Positions 16,016 through 20,795 of a stretch of DNA of 20,795 nt are shown piece after piece. The DNA comes from Candidatus Thalassarchaeaceae archaeon (lineage in GTDB: Archaea > Thermoplasmatota > Poseidoniia > Poseidoniales > Thalassarchaeaceae): NCBI GenBank assembly GCA_030747675.1, contig JASLKH010000067.1:1-20795 (forward strand), in the 5' to 3' direction. Each line of letters starts with the position of its first letter. Position 1 is the first letter of the stretch. The translations under genes were made by a program, and so were the position numbers. The notes beneath the pieces are model-generated. The model was not told where the DNA came from. It saw nothing but the letters and a program-made list of their open reading frames with translations, and searched no databases.

Positions 16016-19000
16016 TTACACCTCTTCATCAAATTTGGATTCTATTCTAGACGTGTTTCCTTGACCTCTAAATCGTAGGTAAGCAAAAATACAGAAAATT
16101 ATCAAAACTCCTCCTGAAAGGACTACTGCTGGGCTACATACTCCTGCAAAAGTTGAAGATTCCGAGGGAGATTCTAACCCTACAGTTGGGTCAAGGGGGT
16201 TAGTATCTTGACTATCCACAACCCCGTCATTATCATCATCTTCATCTGCAACTAAATCGGTTTCACAATTGCTCAAAATACTGTCTGGCAGAGAATCTCC
16301 ATCAGTATCTTTGTAGGCGCAAGAATCGAACGAAAAGTCATCGCGATCATCGCGAATCCCATCATTGTCATCATCTTCATCGAAAATATCTGGGCCGCAT
16401 AAAAGTCCAGTGATTGGGTCATACCATGCATCCAATCCCTGAGTTTGACACGTGTCTGCAAAATCATTATCGTTATCTGCCGCATTAACAGTGAAACTAA
16501 TTGATGTTGTAAATTCACCACCAATACCATCTGTTACGGTTACCTGAAGGGTCCATTCTCCCTGTTCTGCAACAAATTCTCCTGATTCAGATTCTCCGAG
16601 TATTTGATTAAAATCTCCACCAATTAATTGCCATGTCCATGACGTGATTTCATCTCCATCTGAGTCAGCCGCGCTGGCATTAAATTGGATTAAATCGCCT
16701 GCATTTGCTTCGTAGTTATCTTGAGGTTCAATAATTGTAGCAACTGGATTGCTATTGGAGTTAAGCGAGACACTTAGTTGCTTAAAACCAGACATAGTAA
16801 ACATCAATTGTCCTGATTGAGGAATATAATTATCTGCAATTATAGACCATTCTCCGAATTGTGTCTCCATCATTCCTTGAGAATTGTATACACGGTGATA
16901 CATGGAAACGTATTCTGGAGAGTCCCCCCAAAAGTGAGAAATGGGTCCAATTACTGAATCAAATTCTGGAATCTCAACACTGAGCGAATAATTGGGAATC
17001 GGATTACCATCAGTATCTGTAATATTCACCAACCATTGGTGACCAACAACCAATCGGGCATCTCCGGTAATATTCACTGACGATGGTTCGATATCAATAA
17101 CTGATGCAACCCATGGTTTCTCTATTCCAATTAAATCAAAATCACCATCAACAACTCCACCATTAATAGTAAAAGCAAGCATATTTGACTCTACAGAAGT
17201 CTGAGCATGAAGATGAGAATCTGTAATTTCAACTGGCATTGAATCTAAATCGTTGATTCCTCCCTCCAATCTTAATGCCAAAATATAATTATCAATATCA
17301 CAATCAATTAATTGAACTGGGGCACTGTTTCTTGCTCCAAAGATTGTTGCTCCTGTGCCCACTCCTGTGCCAAATAAATCTACCCTCTGCAATAAAATTG
17401 CACTATTTTCAATGAGAATTCCAGGGGCTCCATGGATTTTCGAATCTGTAATTTGAAGACCTTCCGATTCCGATACAGTGAGAGCCGCAAAGCCACTGCC
17501 TGCCCCTAGATCCAATCCCCTTATTTCGAGAGTTCCATCTTGCATTTCAACTTTCAATGCAGGTCCTTCTCCATCGTGTTGAGTGGCATTTAATCCAGTG
17601 ATGTTTCCACTTGAAGATTGAACCCATACTCCTGTTGAGGTTTGGGAACCAAGAATTATGTTCTCTAGATTTAATTGTGCAGATGTGGCCCATATGCCCA
17701 CTATTCCACAGGCGTTTATAGATGTCAAACGAATATCCAAAATTGCTTGTTCATCCTGAGCTCTTAGACATATATCTGACTGATGGATTTGTCCCCCCTC
17801 AATTACTAGAATCGCTTCCTGAGTAGATGAGGATACTGATACCTCTGCATCGTTTACGCTCAAATTCGTCAATTGAGCTGTTCCACCAGAGCGTATCTTC
17901 AATGGCCCCCCCGAATAGTATCCGTTGTACATTTCAATTAATCCGCCATTCATTGCCTTGATGCCGTTTGAACCAGTGCCACCAATCCATGCATCGTCAA
18001 CATGTAGGCGTCCTTCAACCAATATTTCTGAGTCAACCGAAAGTGTGAGCTCGACCCCAGGTAATATTTCTACCATTGATCCAGAAGGAATCGTAATATC
18101 TTCCCCAAGGTGATACGGGGAAAACAATGGATTAAGACGAACTATTCCATCAATGTCACCGGAAGATAATGTTGATATCATCACATTGATTTCTTCACTC
18201 GAAGAAGGATTCCAATTGCGGTATCTGTTAACACTTGCATGTTGTACTACAATAGTCTTCAAATCAGCAAGTACCTCACTGGAGGTGTCAACTTCCCTCC
18301 ATGTAGTGGAGAATGAAGATTGCCCATTTTGATCTGTTTGTACAATTGTTCCTGCAACAGACACATTGGCACCTTCAACAGCAATTCCAGTATCAAATAC
18401 ATTCACTGTGAGGTGAGTGCGTTCTCTCAACACCGCATCACCCGTCATCGACAAGGGACCCATTTGGGACCCGTCATCAAGAGTTAATTCACAATCCTGT
18501 GAAAGGGTCATAGAACCTGATAATGATGTTCTCACCCAAGTAAATGGATCATAGCAAGTGAAAGAAAGTGACGAATTGACAATCAAACCTTGTCCTTCAC
18601 CTCTAAGTGGGACTCCAGCAGTCAATGCACCGCTTCCACCATTGAATTGGCCATTATCACCCATGAGTTGGCCGTTTGGTTGAATAATTAATGAAGCCGT
18701 ATTTGGAATTGTCAATGTCGAATCACGAAGCATCAAAGAGCCTGTGCTTTCAATTGTCAAATTACCATTTAAATTGAATTCGCCATCTACCAACATAGCA
18801 TTCACGCCAGCAGGTATAATCCAATCACCTGATCCAGGTACAATTGCTATCTGAATTGTTCCGTTGGGCGGAGTCAATATACTACTGGCACCCATTCCAC
18901 TTGAAGGATCACTGGCTTCAACAAATGAGCCGCTCGAAAGCATTGGTAGCATGCTTTCTCCCGATTCATTAGTAATCTCACTGAAACCATGTGCACTTAC

Positions 19001-20755
19001 GGTAGCTCCACTAATTGAATTACCAACCAGATCTGTCACGTGTACAGATGATTCAATGAATTGTTCCTCTATGCTGACTGAGAGGTCCGGTGTTCCTTGT
19101 GAACCCCACAGTAAGGTGCCGTCACCAAAACCATCGAGAACACCCGATGATGTGTATGATGGCATATTTCGAATGGTCGCACTTGCATCGTTTGCGAGTT
19201 GAACTCCATATGACCTGTGAGCATTGTCGACGGTCCATGTGCTGATGTGCGCTGAACCATCAATGATATTGATACCGATATCGGATGAGGATGTTGAAAG
19301 AGTATCAAGTTCAACTGTTCCGCCATCAATGGTGATACCGCTTCCACTGTTACGGCCCCCTCCTCCAGAGAATAATTCGGTTCCAGTGATCGTACACTCA
19401 GATTCGCAACGAATTCCTTCATTCCATCCCTCTAGTATGACATCGTCCATGATTACGTTTGACCATACAGCATGTATGCCTACGGAAGTCACATCTGAAA
19501 GAGAAAATGGGCGAACAAGTTCAATCTGGCTGAAGGTTGCATCTACATCAAGAAGAACCCATCCGTCTTCACCATCTACCATGATGGTATCTGATACATC
19601 CAAGGACCAACCAGAAATAGTTCCAGCATCACTAAATCTCAATGTGGAGTTATCGATGATCATGTCCCCATTTCCAGATACATCAAACAATGTATGAGTG
19701 GATTGGATGTTGATTTGATTCAGGCGAACCAGGCCATCTCCACGAAGTCTAGCAAAGGCGTTGGATGGAAATATCTCAGTACTGGGCCAGGCACTCACAA
19801 ACGCCAGTTCTCCATCGATTCGGGCATCAACACAAGTCTCTTCACAAAAAAGAAACAGTGAACTGAATTCAACATCATCTACACTACCGACTACAATTGA
19901 ATCAACCGTGCAATTAGAACTGCAAGGGGAGCCCCCCGTGACCACTAGGCCACCCAAAGAGACTGCTTCAACCATAACGCCTCCAACTCCGATAACGTCT
20001 AGCAGCACCGTAGCAGAAACTGTTCCACTACCACGAACGAGTCTGTTGAAACCATCCGCATTTACCTGACCATAGAATGTGGAACCATCCTCAAGAACAA
20101 TGACATCAGCATCATCATTGGAAGTCACGACTGCAATGTTCGCATTTCCACCGTTGTGTACGTGAACAACTTCTGCGCTGAGCATTGATTTGACTTCAGA
20201 TAGTGTGGCACTACCATCAACGCGAAGGCAGGAAGTGGTGGCTGTGTTGCAATTGATTCCGGCACCTGAAAGGGTACCTTTATTCCAAACTCCGATTATC
20301 GTATCTGTGAAATTGGTTGTACTAATGGTCAACATGGCACCATTCTCTACGTCAAAGCCGCCACGTGAATCTGAGATGTGGGCATTGGCTACAATGGCTG
20401 ATGACCCCGAATTAAGATGGAATCCTTGCCAACGAGCTTGGATTGATGTTTCTGCAATCCATGAACCCCATATCTCCACGGGTGCTAATGCCGTTCCTTG
20501 GATCTCAAGGGCACCAATAATGGTAATCGTAACATCATGCGTGATATTGATTTGTGTCCCTGCCTCAATCACCAATGTTGCACCATTGGCGATTATTACA
20601 TCCTCTGAAAGTGAAATATTTCCATTCCAAGTTTGATTTGTAGAATATGTAACATCACTATTTGATGTTGAATTGAAAGCATCTGGAGCGGTACTAAATA
20701 ACGGTGCAAGCAACAGTAAAGTCAAGAAAATTGACCCATATGTAGACCTCCGCAT
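16016..20755 (-). CDS. Giant surface protein: parallel beta-helix modules, Ig/PKD-like domain, thrombospondin type-3-like Ca2+ repeats, C-terminal TM anchor
   Basis: Signal peptide MRRSTYGSIFLTLLLLAPLFS. Long G/S/I/V/D/N-rich beta-helix-like repeats, NSNPVATI...DSDGD...WTW Ig-like domain, DxDxDGxxD repeats and a C-terminal TM helix. ATG at 20755 preferred over TTG at 20770. Confidence 0.82.
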   Translation of the reverse strand: MRRSTYGSIFLTLLLLAPLFSTAPDAFNSTSNSDVTYSTNQTWNGNISLSEDVIIANGATLVIEAGTQINITHDVTITIIGALEIQGTALAPVEIWGSWIAETSIQARWQGFHLNSGSSAIVANAHISDSRGGFDVENGAMLTISTTNFTDTIIGVWNKGTLSGAGINCNTATTSCLRVDGSATLSEVKSMLSAEVVHVHNGGNANIAVVTSNDDADVIVLEDGSTFYGQVNADGFNRLVRGSGTVSATVLLDVIGVGGVMVEAVSLGGLVVTGGSPCSSNCTVDSIVVGSVDDVEFSSLFLFCEETCVDARIDGELAFVSAWPSTEIFPSNAFARLRGDGLVRLNQINIQSTHTLFDVSGNGDMIIDNSTLRFSDAGTISGWSLDVSDTIMVDGEDGWVLLDVDATFSQIELVRPFSLSDVTSVGIHAVWSNVIMDDVILEGWNEGIRCESECTITGTELFSGGGGRNSGSGITIDGGTVELDTLSTSSSDIGINIIDGSAHISTWTVDNAHRSYGVQLANDASATIRNMPSYTSSGVLDGFGDGTLLWGSQGTPDLSVSIEEQFIESSVHVTDLVGNSISGATVSAHGFSEITNESGESMLPMLSSGSFVEASDPSSGMGASSILTPPNGTIQIAIVPGSGDWIIPAGVNAMLVDGEFNLNGNLTIESTGSLMLRDSTLTIPNTASLIIQPNGQLMGDNGQFNGGSGALTAGVPLRGEGQGLIVNSSLSFTCYDPFTWVRTSLSGSMTLSQDCELTLDDGSQMGPLSMTGDAVLRERTHLTVNVFDTGIAVEGANVSVAGTIVQTDQNGQSSFSTTWREVDTSSEVLADLKTIVVQHASVNRYRNWNPSSSEEINVMISTLSSGDIDGIVRLNPLFSPYHLGEDITIPSGSMVEILPGVELTLSVDSEILVEGRLHVDDAWIGGTGSNGIKAMNGGLIEMYNGYYSGGPLKIRSGGTAQLTNLSVNDAEVSVSSSTQEAILVIEGGQIHQSDICLRAQDEQAILDIRLTSINACGIVGIWATSAQLNLENIILGSQTSTGVWVQSSSGNITGLNATQHDGEGPALKVEMQDGTLEIRGLDLGAGSGFAALTVSESEGLQITDSKIHGAPGILIENSAILLQRVDLFGTGVGTGATIFGARNSAPVQLIDCDIDNYILALRLEGGINDLDSMPVEITDSHLHAQTSVESNMLAFTINGGVVDGDFDLIGIEKPWVASVIDIEPSSVNITGDARLVVGHQWLVNITDTDGNPIPNYSLSVEIPEFDSVIGPISHFWGDSPEYVSMYHRVYNSQGMMETQFGEWSIIADNYIPQSGQLMFTMSGFKQLSVSLNSNSNPVATIIEPQDNYEANAGDLIQFNASAADSDGDEITSWTWQLIGGDFNQILGESESGEFVAEQGEWTLQVTVTDGIGGEFTTSISFTVNAADNDNDFADTCQTQGLDAWYDPITGLLCGPDIFDEDDDNDGIRDDRDDFSFDSCAYKDTDGDSLPDSILSNCETDLVADEDDDNDGVVDSQDTNPLDPTVGLESPSESSTFAGVCSPAVVLSGGVLIIFCIFAYLRFRGQGNTSRIESKFDEEV

Positions 20756-20778
20756 GAGTACTACTAGCAATCAATGCG

Positions 20779-20786
20779 GTTTGAAC
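20779..20786 (-). promoter_or_regulatory. Putative non-canonical TATA element GTTCAAAC for the giant surface-protein operon
   Basis: 23 nt before the ATG at 20755, the same motif and spacing as at 9584-9591. Confidence 0.5.
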
Positions 20787-20795
20787 CCTCCCGCT

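Noticed and set aside
16011-16018. Stop read-through or fusion of the giant protein with the 186-aa gene
   Set aside because: The genes are in different frames (2-nt gap), the upstream protein ends in a normal TM anchor and tail, and no slippery sequence was seen.
1-20795. Depletion of a specific 4-6 bp site revealing the MTase target
   Set aside because: CCWGG, GGCC, CCGG, CGCG and GATC all occur by eye. A proper k-mer observed/expected computation on the whole genome is needed and was not run.

Overview
Gene-dense, AT-leaning archaeal chromosome segment. It is most consistent with Thermoplasmatota Marine Group II (Ca. Poseidoniales); this is an inference from two PAC2-family genes, tRNA-Arg(GCG), GGTGA Shine-Dalgarno sites, TATA-like boxes about 21-26 nt before starts, a bacterial-type NAD+ ligase and giant acidic surface proteins. 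Contents, left to right: the C-terminus of a C5-cytosine DNA methyltransferase (not in the ORF track), PAC2 paralogue 1, a 1405-aa surface protein with seven FG-GAP repeats, a wHTH-like plus pentapeptide-repeat gene pair, a membrane protein, a thioesterase, tRNA-Arg(GCG), two small hypothetical genes, a PKD lipoprotein, a DEDDh exonuclease, a membrane protein, a Cas4/AddB-like Fe-S nuclease, PAC2 paralogue 2 (with an HbYX tail), ligA, a small membrane protein and a ~1580-aa beta-helix/TSP3 surface protein. No CRISPR array, integrase or transposase was seen. Best leads: (i) a perfect 24-bp palindrome between the ligA TATA box and its GTG start, with a half-site next to the nuclease gene; (ii) three DNA-end-processing enzymes interleaved with an HbYX-bearing PAC2 gene; (iii) HbYX asymmetry between the two PAC2 paralogues; (iv) an integrin-alpha-like architecture with a Trp-rich cytoplasmic module; (v) the wHTH plus DNA-mimic-like pair. 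All family calls come from motifs read by eye; no database search was run.
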